From an uncultured Candidatus Rokubacteria bacterium (GTDB taxonomy: Bacteria; Methylomirabilota; Methylomirabilia; Rokubacteriales; DASRDR01): 64,000 bases of DNA. Numbering within the stretch: position 1 is the stretch's first letter; each line of letters opens with the position of its first letter. The position numbers and the translations under genes are program-made. The notes beneath the pieces are model-generated. The model was not told where the DNA came from and searched no databases. It was given only the letters and a program-made list of their open reading frames with translations. The stretch spans positions 1-64,000 of the forward strand of contig CAWGVS010000006.1 of NCBI GenBank assembly GCA_963826115.1, written 5' to 3'. This document shows, piece by piece, positions 29,707-39,335 of the stretch.

Positions 29707-30882
29707 GTGAACATCGTCATCAACGGTATCGGCATCGCCGGTCCTGCTCTCGCCTACTGGCTGACAAGATCGGGGCACGCGGTCCTGCTCGTCGAGGAGG
29801 CATCGCAGCTTCGCCCCGACGGCTACGTCATTGATTTCTGGGGAATCGGCTACGACATCGCCGAGCGGATGGGCCTGATCGGCGACATCCGGCGCCTGGG
29901 CTACCAGATGCGCGAGGTACGCTTCGTCGATCGCGATGGTCGAAAACGCGGCGGCTTCGACGTCGAAGTCTTCGGCCGTATGACCAACGACCGATTCACG
30001 AGCGTTCGCCGCGCCGACGTCTCGGCGACGATCTACCACGCCCTCGAGGGGCGGGTCGAGACGATCTTCGGCGACTCGGTGGCCGGTATCGAAGAGCGTG
30101 ACGACGGCGTCCTCCTCACCTTTGATCACGCGCCGCCGCGACACGCCGACCTCGTCATTGGCGCCGACGGCCTTCATTCGCGGATCCGCCGTCTCACGTT
30201 CGGACCGGAGTCGGAGTTCGAAGTGTCGCTAGGTTACCACGTGGCGGCATTCGAGGTCGAAGGCTACCGGCCGCGCGACGAGCTGGTCTACGTCAGCCAT
30301 GGCCTCCCTGGGAGGCAAGTGTCACGATTCGCGATGCGCAACGACAAGACGCTTTTCCTCCTGATCTTTCGCGACGAGTACCTGCGTGGTGACGACCCGA
30401 ACTCGGTGCTCAGAAATGCATTCGCTGGGGCCGGCTGGGAGTGGCCGCAGATCGAGAGGGAGCTCGAAGGCGCGAGCGGCCTGTATTTCGACACCGTGAG
30501 CCAGATTCGGATGAACCGCTGGACCAAAGGACGAATCGCGCTGGTCGGAGACGCGGCGGCGTGCGTCTCGCTGATGGCCGGCGAAGGGACCGGTCTGGCC
30601 ATCGTCGAAGCCTATGTCCTGGCCGGTGAGCTTCACGCGTGCGCCGGGGATTTCGCCACTGCGTTCGCCCGTTACGAACAGACACTGATGCCATTTCTCA
30701 GAACGAAACAGGCGTCGGCGGCGAGATTTGCCTCGTCGTTCGCGCCGGGGACCGCGTTGGGGATCACCTTCAGGAATGTGGTGACGAAGCTGATGCGGGT
30801 GCCGTTCATCGCCGAGTATTTCGTTGGCCGCGATCTTCGCGATGATATCGAGCTGCCGCATTACGACTTCGTGCCACAGTGA
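29707..30882 (+). CDS. FAD-dependent monooxygenase
   Basis: GIGIAG, 'GYVIDFWG', 'DLVIGADGLHS', 'LVGDAA..SLMAGEG'. Confidence 0.9.
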   Translation: MNIVINGIGIAGPALAYWLTRSGHAVLLVEEASQLRPDGYVIDFWGIGYDIAERMGLIGDIRRLGYQMREVRFVDRDGRKRGGFDVEVFGRMTNDRFTSVRRADVSATIYHALEGRVETIFGDSVAGIEERDDGVLLTFDHAPPRHADLVIGADGLHSRIRRLTFGPESEFEVSLGYHVAAFEVEGYRPRDELVYVSHGLPGRQVSRFAMRNDKTLFLLIFRDEYLRGDDPNSVLRNAFAGAGWEWPQIERELEGASGLYFDTVSQIRMNRWTKGRIALVGDAAACVSLMAGEGTGLAIVEAYVLAGELHACAGDFATAFARYEQTLMPFLRTKQASAARFASSFAPGTALGITFRNVVTKLMRVPFIAEYFVGRDLRDDIELPHYDFVPQ

Positions 30883-31000
30883 TCAGGATCGCTGTGTGTG
30901 GGTATCAGGGGTGCCGGTGGTTACTGTCGTGGTGTAGTACCACCACTCCGGTGTTCCTCCCCAACGCGTCCGGGCTTGGAGCGCGGTGGCAGCCAGGCGT

Positions 31001-31387
31001 TCAGGTCACGCTCGGGATTCGCACGCCTCGCTGTCTTGACCGATTCGATCTGTGCCCTACGGTTGCCTCGGCGCCGGCTCTTGGATTCCAAGTTCCCTGG
31101 ATGCTCTTGAGGAACTGTCGCGCGAATCCCATGTCCGAGTCCCCCGTACCCCCAGCTGTCGGTCGTCGATAGTAGGGCACGATGCCGCTTATGAGCGCAC
31201 ACGCGCCGACCGCCGCCAAGACCAGGATGGGAGCCGCGTAGACGAGCAGCAAGAGCTCGACAACAAACAATGCTATTCCCGGGAATCGGGCCAGCGTCAA
31301 CGTCCGCCACCATCTCGCGACGCGGTCCTCCAGAGCGATCACCCTCTCGTCCCACTTCCATGCAACGATCAGGACGATAACCAGCAC
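31001..31387 (-). CDS. Small membrane hypothetical protein
   Basis: Three hydrophobic segments; no recognisable family. Confidence 0.4.
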   Translation of the reverse strand: MLVIVLIVAWKWDERVIALEDRVARWWRTLTLARFPGIALFVVELLLLVYAAPILVLAAVGACALISGIVPYYRRPTAGGTGDSDMGFARQFLKSIQGTWNPRAGAEATVGHRSNRSRQRGVRIPSVT

Positions 31388-31483
31388 GACCCTGTTCGAG
31401 GGAGCCTAAGTTCGTGTCGTTCCGGACCTGTCGAGTCCTCTCAAGGGTGACAGGGAATCGACTGCCCGTGGTGGCCGAGCCGG

Positions 31484-31721
31484 TTGGTCACCAACTGGTC
31501 ACCAAGGCAGGTGAACTACGACGATCGGGCAGGGTCGTCGGGTCGGGGCGAACGGTCGGAATGTAGGCCGGTTGGAGCGTCTGAGGTCTGCTGAGTGTCT
31601 GCGCGTTCGAATCGTCAGCAGTTCGTAATCGACAGGTCATCGGTTCAAGTCCGATCGTCGGCTCCAGCTTTTCAATCACCTCCACGACATCGCCAGCCCC
31701 TACAGCCCGATTGGTCACCAA
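31484..31721 (+). repeat. att junction 2: paired 11-bp arm motifs, tRNA-Thr 3' half, downstream arm motif
   Basis: ttggtcaccaa-ctggtcaccaa 31484-31505; core 31622-31686 identical to 5923-5987; ttggtcaccaa 31711-31721. Confidence 0.93.
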
Positions 31722-31738
31722 CGGGTTACCACGGGCCT

Positions 31739-31795
31739 TCACGCCGCGCCGTCCAAGGCGTCGACCTTCTCTCCTCGCGGGAGTCAGTGTGCGAC
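31739..31795 (-). pseudogene. Relic of tyrosine-integrase C-terminus
   Basis: Translates VAH*LPRGEKVDALDGAA* (TGG to TGA), matching the relic at 38726-38785. Confidence 0.6.
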
Positions 31796-31900
31796 GACGT
31801 CCTAGCCGGCGGCCACTCCGCGGTCGCAGAGGTGTCGACTTCGGCCGGCGCGAGGGCTCCCCGGGCGCGGGCGCGCGCTACCGTGCGGTTCTGGCGTGGA

Positions 31901-32827
31901 TCATCGCCCCCGGCTCCGGGCGCGAAGGAGGTGACGGATTCCCCACAGCTGGCCCAGCGCGACCAGCGGCCGGCCCTGGCGGAGGAGCCGCCAGACGCCC
32001 CGGAGCGCCCATTCCGTGTAGGCGGCGCGGGCGCGCCGGGCGACCGCGGGCCCGACGTCCGGTCCGAGGTACCCTTGCCCCCGCTCCACGCTCCACGCGA
32101 TCTCGCGCAGGTTCCGCCCTGACCGGAGCAGCCGACCGGTCGCCGACCCCGGATGAATCCGGCAGCAGGCCAGTCGATCCGGCTCGTACCAGATCGGCGT
32201 GCTCGCGGCGATTCGCTGCCACATGTCCCAGTCGAGACAGTAGCGGAGCTCCGCGTCGAAGCCGCCGAGGCGTTCGTACACGCTTCGCCGGACGATGATC
32301 CCGGCGCAGGCGAACTTCAGCTGGACAAAAACGTGCTCGACCCAGTCGTCGAGTAGGCCGGATCGCCCCGACACCTGGGCCCCCCGGGGCAGTGGGTGGC
32401 CGGCCGGGTCCACGTAGCTCGGCTGGACGAAGGCGGCGCCCGCGTCGGGATGCGCGGCCAGACCAGTCTCTACCCGGGCGTAGAAGCCGGCGCGCACGAA
32501 GTCGTCCTGGTGGAGGATGTGCACCAGGTGGCCGCGCGCCAGCTCGAGGCACCGGTTCCAGTTCCTGGCGATCCCGAGGCGGCGCGGGTTGCGCTCGAGC
32601 GTGACTGCCCCCGCCATCCCGCCGCGAAGACAAGCCGAGCCGTCGAAGCCTGGCGAGGCGTCGTCGACGATCGTTACTTGAAACCGCTCGAGGGCGTGCG
32701 CCTGCGCCAGGACGCTGTCGAGCGCCTCCGTCAGGAAGGTGGGATCCGGCCGCCACGTCGGGATCATGACCGACCAGAGCGGGCGGTCGGGATACGGAGG
32801 AAGAGGGGGCACCGGGGGAATGCTCAT
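31901..32827 (-). CDS. Glycosyltransferase family 2
   Basis: 'WSVMIPTW', 'IVDDAS', 'HILHQDD', 'GGFD..L.YCLDWDMW'. Confidence 0.88.
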   Translation of the reverse strand: MSIPPVPPLPPYPDRPLWSVMIPTWRPDPTFLTEALDSVLAQAHALERFQVTIVDDASPGFDGSACLRGGMAGAVTLERNPRRLGIARNWNRCLELARGHLVHILHQDDFVRAGFYARVETGLAAHPDAGAAFVQPSYVDPAGHPLPRGAQVSGRSGLLDDWVEHVFVQLKFACAGIIVRRSVYERLGGFDAELRYCLDWDMWQRIAASTPIWYEPDRLACCRIHPGSATGRLLRSGRNLREIAWSVERGQGYLGPDVGPAVARRARAAYTEWALRGVWRLLRQGRPLVALGQLWGIRHLLRARSRGR

Positions 32828-32905
32828 CCGGAAGCCGATTGACCTGAACCATAGCACGGCCCGCCCTGGGGCCTGCAAAGCGCCGTGCTAGGATCATTGC
32901 CGACC

Positions 32906-33688
32906 ATGGGGCACGAATCCCGCGCGCCGCTCGTCTCAGTGATTCTTCCGACCTACAATCGTGCGGCGTTGATCGGGTCTGCGATCCGGAGCGTGCTGGA
33001 CCAGACCTTCGTCGACCTCGAGCTCTGGGTGATCGACGACGGGTCGACCGACGACACCCACGCGGTCGTGCACGCCATCGCGGACGAGCGGCTCCGCTAC
33101 AGCCGTCTGGACAGGAACCGGGGCCAGGCGGCCGCCCGCAACGAGGGGTTGCGGCGGGCCCGCGGCGAATATCTCGCCTTCCAGGACTCCGACGATCGCT
33201 GGGCGCCGGAAAAGCTCGAGCGCTCGATGGGGATCATGGGCGGCGCCCGGCCCGAGATCGGCGCCGTCTACTGCGACATGATGCGGGTGTGGCGCGATGG
33301 CCGCGTCACCTACCACCGCTCGCCGACACTCAAGCGTGGACGCTGGATCGATCCGGAGACCGGCTGGTACCAGGTCCATCTTCTGGGTATCCAGGCGACG
33401 TTGATCCGGCGCCGGTGCCTCGACGCGGTGGGCCACTTCGACGAGGAGCTCCGCCACTTCGAGGACATGGAGCTGTTCATGCGGCTCTCCCGGGTCTACG
33501 ATCTCGTGCATCTCCGGGAGCCGCTGGTGGACTACGTCCAAACCGCGGGAGTGTCCGAGGACATGGCGGGAAAGTGGCGGGCGAGATGGCGCATCCTCCG
33601 CCGGCACGGGCCGGCCATCCTCCGGGAGTCCCCGTGCTTCCTGGTCCTGGAGAGCCGTCGGATCCTGCGGCAGCGCTTCGGGCGGTGA
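32906..33688 (+). CDS. Glycosyltransferase family 2
   Basis: 'VSVILPTYNR', 'IDDGSTD', 'AFQDSDD'. Confidence 0.9.
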   Translation: MGHESRAPLVSVILPTYNRAALIGSAIRSVLDQTFVDLELWVIDDGSTDDTHAVVHAIADERLRYSRLDRNRGQAAARNEGLRRARGEYLAFQDSDDRWAPEKLERSMGIMGGARPEIGAVYCDMMRVWRDGRVTYHRSPTLKRGRWIDPETGWYQVHLLGIQATLIRRRCLDAVGHFDEELRHFEDMELFMRLSRVYDLVHLREPLVDYVQTAGVSEDMAGKWRARWRILRRHGPAILRESPCFLVLESRRILRQRFGR

Positions 33689-33746
33689 TCCCGGCTCGTC
33701 CCGCCCGCGGCCGGCACAACTCTGACGACCCCCTGGAGGGGAGCGC

Positions 33747-35828
33747 GTGAGGATCGCCTACGTCAACGCGCGCTACCGTCTCGACACACACGACGGCCCG
33801 AACGCGCATTCCCGTCAGTTCGTGGAGAACGCGGTGGCCCTCGGCCACGACGTCTGGATGGGGCCCGGCCAGGAGCATCCCCTCGCCCAGAGGCTGCCGC
33901 GAGCCCGGCTGGCCCGAGTCCGGGTCCTCCGGACGATGGATGTCGTGTACGTCCGGCTTGAGCACCGGCTGCCTGTTCCGTGTCGCTGGGCTGTGGGTCC
34001 GCGGCGCACCCTCCTCGGTGACCCCCTGATGGTCTGGGAGTTCAACACGGTTCCGGAGTTCGGCGTCTACGCCGACGAGACGCTTTCGCGGATCGCGCGG
34101 AACATCGAGGGCTTTCGGCGCTTCGGCCGGGGCTGTGATCTCGCCGTCTGCGTCTCGCCGCATCTCGCCGAGTACGTGCGCGGCCGACTCGGCATCGAGC
34201 GCACCCTGGTGGCCCCCAACGGATCCGACCCCGAGCTCTACCGGCCCGACGCGCCAATCGTCCGGCATCTTCGCGACGGGGACCCTCGGTCCTTCCACGT
34301 GCTGTGGATGGGCAGCGCCTACGTCCCCTGGCACGACTTCGACCTGCTGAAGGCCGCCGCAGAGATTATCTGGAACCGCGGAAACCCCCACCACATCGCC
34401 GTCCACCTCATCGGGAAGGACGTGCGGCTGATCGGGGAGCTGCCGCCCAACGTGCACTACCACGGGATGGAGGAATATCTGCGCCTGCCGGGATGGATGA
34501 GCGCGATGCATGTCGGTCTCTGCCTCTACCGTCCCGGGCCGGCCGACTACAGCTCCCCCCTGAAGCTGTTCGACTATCTGTCCAGCGGGCTGGCCGTGGT
34601 GGCGACCCGTCAACCTCAGACCGCGCAGATTCTCGGGGAGCTGGACACGCCTGACCTGCTGATCGCGCCGCAGGACGCAGAGGGCCTCGCCAACCGGCTG
34701 GAAGCGCTGGCGGGCGACCGCGAGCGGGTGCGGCAGATCGGTCGGCGCGCCCGAGAACTCCTCGTGAGCAAGTACACCTGGCGCGCGACGGTGACGGCCA
34801 CCCTCGCCGAGATTGAGCGGCTGGTGAGCGGCCGGGCCAGGCCAGCCCGCCGGCTCCGTGCTCCGCCGCGCTCGCCGTCGCGGCCTCATCAACCGTCCGC
34901 GACAGGGGCACTCAGCGACCCCAGCACCGGTCCGGTGCCGGTGAGCGTCTGCATCGCGACGTACCGGCGACCCGATTCGCTCGGGTGGCTGCTCGAGGGG
35001 CTCACCAAGCTCGGTTCCCGGACCCCTGGCTTCGAGGTCGTGGTCATCGACAACGACGCCGCCGGCTCGGCGGTGCCGGTGGCCGCGGCATTCGCCGACC
35101 GGCTGCCATTGCGGGTCGCCGTCGAGCCCCGACGGAGCGTCGCGCACGCACGGAACCTGGGCGTTACGCTGGCCCGCGGCGAGTTCGTCGCCTTCATCGA
35201 CGACGACGAGGTGCCGGATCCTCGATGGCTGGCGGAGCTTCACGCAGCGGTGTCGGCGACCGGCGCCGACGGCGGTTTCGGGCCGGTCGAGGTGCGCTTC
35301 GACGACGACGTTCCGCCCTGGATCCAGCGCTGCGCCTTCTTCGAGCGCTCCGTCCTCGCCACCGGCGCCACCGTGCCGTGGTGGCAGGCCCGCTCGGGCA
35401 ACGCACTGATCCGCCGCTCGTCGCTCGGGAATCGGGCCCAGCCGTTCGACCCGCGCTTCGGATTGACGGGCGGAGAGGACACCGATCTCTTCTATCGCAT
35501 GATACAGGGGGGGGCGCGCTTCATCGCGGTAGAGTCGGCGCGAGTGGTCGAGCGACGCTCCCGCCATCGGTCTTCAGGCTGGTGGATGCTGAGGCGAAGC
35601 TTCCGTCAGGGCGGCACGATCGTGGACGTGTCGCTGCGAAACGAGCGGGTTGCTACCCAACTACGCGCCTGGTCTCGGGCGGCTGTCAGGGTGGTGGCCG
35701 AAGGATGCCGGGCAGTCCGTCACTTCCGGACGAGAGATCGCTGGTTCGAGCACCTGCTGAACGCGACCCAGTCGCTGGGGATGCTGGCGGTCGTGTTCGG
35801 ACTGCGGTACCGCGAGTACGGAAGGTAG
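33747..35828 (+). CDS. GT4 + GT2 fusion glycosyltransferase
   Basis: N-half 'SPLKLFDYLSSGLAVV' (GT4); C-half 'VSVCIATYRR..FIDDDE..GGEDTDL' (ExoM-like GT2). Confidence 0.85.
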   Translation: MRIAYVNARYRLDTHDGPNAHSRQFVENAVALGHDVWMGPGQEHPLAQRLPRARLARVRVLRTMDVVYVRLEHRLPVPCRWAVGPRRTLLGDPLMVWEFNTVPEFGVYADETLSRIARNIEGFRRFGRGCDLAVCVSPHLAEYVRGRLGIERTLVAPNGSDPELYRPDAPIVRHLRDGDPRSFHVLWMGSAYVPWHDFDLLKAAAEIIWNRGNPHHIAVHLIGKDVRLIGELPPNVHYHGMEEYLRLPGWMSAMHVGLCLYRPGPADYSSPLKLFDYLSSGLAVVATRQPQTAQILGELDTPDLLIAPQDAEGLANRLEALAGDRERVRQIGRRARELLVSKYTWRATVTATLAEIERLVSGRARPARRLRAPPRSPSRPHQPSATGALSDPSTGPVPVSVCIATYRRPDSLGWLLEGLTKLGSRTPGFEVVVIDNDAAGSAVPVAAAFADRLPLRVAVEPRRSVAHARNLGVTLARGEFVAFIDDDEVPDPRWLAELHAAVSATGADGGFGPVEVRFDDDVPPWIQRCAFFERSVLATGATVPWWQARSGNALIRRSSLGNRAQPFDPRFGLTGGEDTDLFYRMIQGGARFIAVESARVVERRSRHRSSGWWMLRRSFRQGGTIVDVSLRNERVATQLRAWSRAAVRVVAEGCRAVRHFRTRDRWFEHLLNATQSLGMLAVVFGLRYREYGR

Positions 35829-36199
35829 ACGCTCCAACGCATGTACTTGTCTCCCGCCACCAGCCTAGAGCGCCCAGCGGAACCGTATCGGGAACAGAGG
35901 CGGTTTGGCCGCCGATCTTTTCGCCGGCAAACGCGTATCTGCATGTCCACTCGACCGTGGCTGAGAGTGGCGAGATCCGGGGTCACCTGAAAACGTGCCT
36001 TCCGTTGTTGGTGTCCGACTACCGTTCCATACTATGGTGGCCGAAAATGAAATGCCGCGTCCGGGAGAGGGAGCCGGTTCCGCCTAACTCGACGAAGCGC
36101 GAAACGTCCCAGGAAATCCATATGCCGGTCGTCTTCGGCACAAGCGGCGGCACGCCGATTCGAGCCGGACGAAACCGCGATAAAGTGCCGGAGAAGACG

Positions 36200-37075
36200 A
36201 TGGCCCCGAGCCTGACACGCATTAGGAGCCAATGTGGTTCCATTTATCACCGGCAGCGCTCGCGGCGTCTGCTTAAGTCCCTCGAACACGACAGCGATCA
36301 CGTCGTACGCGCAGTCGCGCAGGCGCTCCAGGCTGTCCTCGATGACAATGTTCCGGCAGAAGAACGCGCCTGGATTGATCGCATCGAACGCCTGCGTGCA
36401 GAGATGAATGCCTCGACCGTTTCGATTTCGAATGTCGATTATGGAGCCCAGACTCCCGGCGATACACTTTCGGTTGACGAAATGGCCCGAGGGCAAGTTG
36501 TGACGCGCACTTTGGGGGAGGTGTGCCTCACCTCCAGCATGCCCTATCGCTGGGCGTTGTTGCTGCTCAAGCTCGTTCGCACGCTGCAGCCTTCGACGTG
36601 CCTGGAACTGGGGACCTGTGTCGGCATCTCGGCGGCATACCAGGCCGTTGCCCTGGAACTGAATCAACGGGGCCGGCTGATCACGCTCGACGGCGCCGCG
36701 CCCCTGGCGCACATCGCGCATCAGAATCTCGACTTATTGGGCCTCACTCAACGTCTGACCGTCAAGGTTGGGCGATTCAGTGACACGCTGGGCAGCGTCC
36801 TCCGCGAGCACAGCCCTGTGGACCTCGTCTTCATCGACGGCCATCATGACAGGCAGGCCACGCTCGATTACTTCGAGCAGATTTATCCGCATCTGTCGCC
36901 CAGTGCCGTTCTGCTGTGCGATGACATTCACTGGTCCCCCGGCATGCTGCAAGCGTGGCAAACTATCTCCGGCGATCGACGCCACATTCTGTCGATTGAT
37001 CTGCAACAGATCGGCATCTGCCGCGTGGGCGGCAAAGGGACGCCTCCTCGGGAAATGCGCATGCGTCTTGTGTGA
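36200..37075 (+). CDS. Class I SAM methyltransferase (Methyltransf_24-like)
   Basis: 'LELGTCVGIS', 'VFIDGHH', 'DDIHWS'; RBS GGAG. Confidence 0.85.
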   Translation: MAPSLTRIRSQCGSIYHRQRSRRLLKSLEHDSDHVVRAVAQALQAVLDDNVPAEERAWIDRIERLRAEMNASTVSISNVDYGAQTPGDTLSVDEMARGQVVTRTLGEVCLTSSMPYRWALLLLKLVRTLQPSTCLELGTCVGISAAYQAVALELNQRGRLITLDGAAPLAHIAHQNLDLLGLTQRLTVKVGRFSDTLGSVLREHSPVDLVFIDGHHDRQATLDYFEQIYPHLSPSAVLLCDDIHWSPGMLQAWQTISGDRRHILSIDLQQIGICRVGGKGTPPREMRMRLV

Positions 37076-37132
37076 CGAGCGAGGACCCTGCCCGGGGCGG
37101 CCCCGAGCCCAAGGAATGTCGTTCCGGGGTCT

Positions 37133-37380
37133 TCGGCCACCGATTGGTCACCAAGGGAGGCGGACTAGGACGAATCTGGATGGTGTCCCCCCTGGCCGCT
37201 GCGTTCGGAAACGAGCGGAGTTACGTCCTGCGAGGTTCGCTCAGTAGCGCTCAGTCTCGCGTCCTCTTCCGTTCGTAATCGACAGGTCATCGGTTCAAGT
37301 CCGATCGTCGGCTCCAGAATTTCCAGCACTTCGACGACAGCGTTCCCATCGAGCGACGAAACTGTGCGAAAGTGTGCGAA
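37133..37380 (+). repeat. att junction 3
   Basis: tcggccaccga-ttggtcaccaa 37133-37154; exact 46-bp tRNA 3' half 37272-37317; downstream actgtgcgaa-agtgtgcgaa 37361-37380. Confidence 0.9.
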
Positions 37381-38651
37381 TGCGCATTCGCCGCGCGTCG
37401 ACTGGAATGGCGAGGCGGGCTACTTGTCGCCGCAGACGACGATCGCGGATCCGTTGAAACGGGTCTTGCCACCGGCCGAGCTCTGAGCGGCCAGCCCGAG
37501 GACCACCTCCTTGATCTTGGCGCGCGTGGGCTCGTCCGCCTTGGCGATACCCGCCACCACCGGCGGGGCGATTTCGTTCATGAAGGTGAAGTACTCTTCG
37601 GGGCTGTTGAATTGGACCGGGACGCCGACCTCCTTTTCCGTCACGTTTCTCAGGCCGGCGTCGCGAAAGACCCCGGCCATGTAGCCGGCCGCGGCGCAAC
37701 GGAAGAGGCCCGGCGCGCCGGGAGGCGGCGCGGGCATCTCGACGTGTTTGGCGACCGTGCCCATGATGGTGGTCGCCCACGGATTCTTCTCTGGCGGACC
37801 CCACACGGCGGTGCAGACGCGGGCGCCGGGTTTGGCCACACGGGCGAGCTCGCGGGCTGCCCCCGAGACGTCGGGGAAGAACATGAAGGCGAAGCGGGCC
37901 GTGACCGCGTCGAACGTGTTGTCGGCGAAGGGTAGCGCGCCGGCGTCGCACTGGCGCGTCTCAACGTTGCGGAGACCACGGCGCGCGGCACTCTCCTTGG
38001 CGACGAGGAGCATCTTCTCGGCGAGGTCGGTCATCATGACCTTGCCTTGCGGGCAGCGAGAGGCCGCACTGAGCGCCGGCTCTCCGGTCCCCGACGCGAT
38101 GTCGAGGACGTAGGAGTCGGGCCGCAGGCGGGCACTGTCCAGAAGCTCCAGGCCGACGGGCGCGAGCCAGCCCAGCACGAGGTCGTCCCACTTCTTCCAG
38201 CCTGCTGAAAACTTGTCCCAGGTTGCCTGCTGTTGGTCCCGGATCTGCTCGGGGTGTGTTGCCATCGGTTCCTCCGCTGCCGTGTGTGACGTGACCGAAG
38301 CGGCTTGCTTGCACCAGGTGACCAGCTAGTAGCACTTTGCCGGCTGAACTGTCAAACACTGGTTGCGTGGTTTGACCGGAGAGCGCCATTTTCGGGGAAA
38401 CGGGCCAACGGCCTCGTCTGACGGTAGCTGAGTAGTCTTCAGCTTCGCCCCATCCGCCCAGACTCTCTTGGCCACCAATCGGTCACCAAGAGAGGCGAAC
38501 TAGGAGGACCCTGCCGGATCTTCGCTCGCGGGCAAGCGCTCCAAAGCAGGCAGCCTTAGGTCGTCTGAGGTCGGCTCAGTAGTTCTCAGTTCGCCCGTGT
38601 TCTCAGTTCGGAATCGACAGGTCGTCGGTTCAAGTCCGATCGTCGGCTCCA
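37317..38651. mobile_element. Unit 3 (~1.3 kb), single-gene cassette
   Basis: Lies between cores at 37272 and 38607; one gene. Confidence 0.78.
37420..38265 (-). CDS. Class I SAM methyltransferase (UbiE-like)
   Basis: 'VLDIASGTGEP', 'LPFADNTFDAV', 'RVAKPGAR'; RBS GGAGG. Confidence 0.9.
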   Translation of the reverse strand: MATHPEQIRDQQQATWDKFSAGWKKWDDLVLGWLAPVGLELLDSARLRPDSYVLDIASGTGEPALSAASRCPQGKVMMTDLAEKMLLVAKESAARRGLRNVETRQCDAGALPFADNTFDAVTARFAFMFFPDVSGAARELARVAKPGARVCTAVWGPPEKNPWATTIMGTVAKHVEMPAPPPGAPGLFRCAAAGYMAGVFRDAGLRNVTEKEVGVPVQFNSPEEYFTFMNEIAPPVVAGIAKADEPTRAKIKEVVLGLAAQSSAGGKTRFNGSAIVVCGDK

Positions 38652-38706
38652 GCGTTTCGATCATGTCCACGACGCCTTCCGCCCCAACCGCCCAATTGGT
38701 CACCAA
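38468..38706 (+). repeat. att junction 4
   Basis: ttggccaccaa-tcggtcaccaa 38468-38489; tRNA half 38607-38652 (2 mismatches); ttggtcaccaa 38696-38706. Confidence 0.9.
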
Positions 38707-38725
38707 GCGCTTTTGAACTCGCGTT

Positions 38726-38785
38726 GTCGAGCGCGTCCACCCAATGGGTGTCGGCCTGCGGGAGCCAGTGCGCGTACCACTGGAG
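38726..38785 (-). pseudogene. Relic of tyrosine-integrase C-terminus
   Basis: Translates LQWYAHWLPQADTHWVDALD, resembling the catalytic-Tyr 'Y[AG]HWLP...VDxLD' tail of phage-type integrases; points into the att arm. Confidence 0.65.
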
Positions 38786-39019
38786 CGATCCGCGCCCGTC
38801 ACTGTCCCGGGCGGGACCCGTCGCCGGTGGGCGAGCTGCGCCATGGGAGTGACGTTGATGAGCCCGTCCTCGACGGTATCCGCGGGAATGCTTGTGGCGC
38901 CATCTTTCCGTGTCCCGCCGAGCACGCTTCTCGCGATGGGTGCACAGAAAGCAGGGCAGGGGGCTCCCAACGAACGCCTGCATGCGCCCGAACTATCGGA
39001 GAATCGCGGGGTTCCGCAA

Positions 39020-39061
39020 GGTGCACAGTCTACAGTGCAGGGTGCACAGTCTACAGTGCAG
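39020..39061 (+). repeat. Perfect 21-bp tandem repeat
   Basis: ggtgcacagtctacagtgcag x2. Confidence 0.9.
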
Positions 39062-39335
39062 CGTCCTCCAACTCGGCGATTCCCAACTGCTTTCGGCACG
39101 AGCCGTGGAGCTGCCATGGAGCAGACTGCCTTGCCTGGTGTGCACCGGTCGCGAGATAGGCGCGCGCAGTCCGAGCGTGTGTGGAAGCTCTTAAGCGCTC
39201 GTCACGGCAGGACGATCCCGTTCTCCCAGCTGGACGTCCGTTGTTGGCGCGAATCTCGCTAGGTGGCTCGTGTAACGCTCGCGATGGGATCGCCCTTACA
39301 CCGCCTGCCGGCGCGGCGGCGTACTAGATGAGCGT

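Larger units (their letters stand above)
5968..31666. mobile_element. Unit 1 of tRNA-Thr tandem array (~25.7 kb), metal-homeostasis island
   Basis: Bounded by a 65-bp perfect direct repeat (5923-5987 = 31622-31686) starting in the anticodon loop. Confidence 0.85.
31667..37316. mobile_element. Unit 2 (~5.65 kb), glycosyltransferase/methyltransferase cargo
   Basis: Lies between tRNA 3'-half copies at 31622 and 37272. Confidence 0.8.

Noticed and set aside
31488-31742. Recurrent small ORFs containing 'LEPTIGLEPMTCRLR' (also near 5903, 38500, 47622, 48680)
   Set aside because: These are antisense translations of the tRNA fragment, not a protein family.
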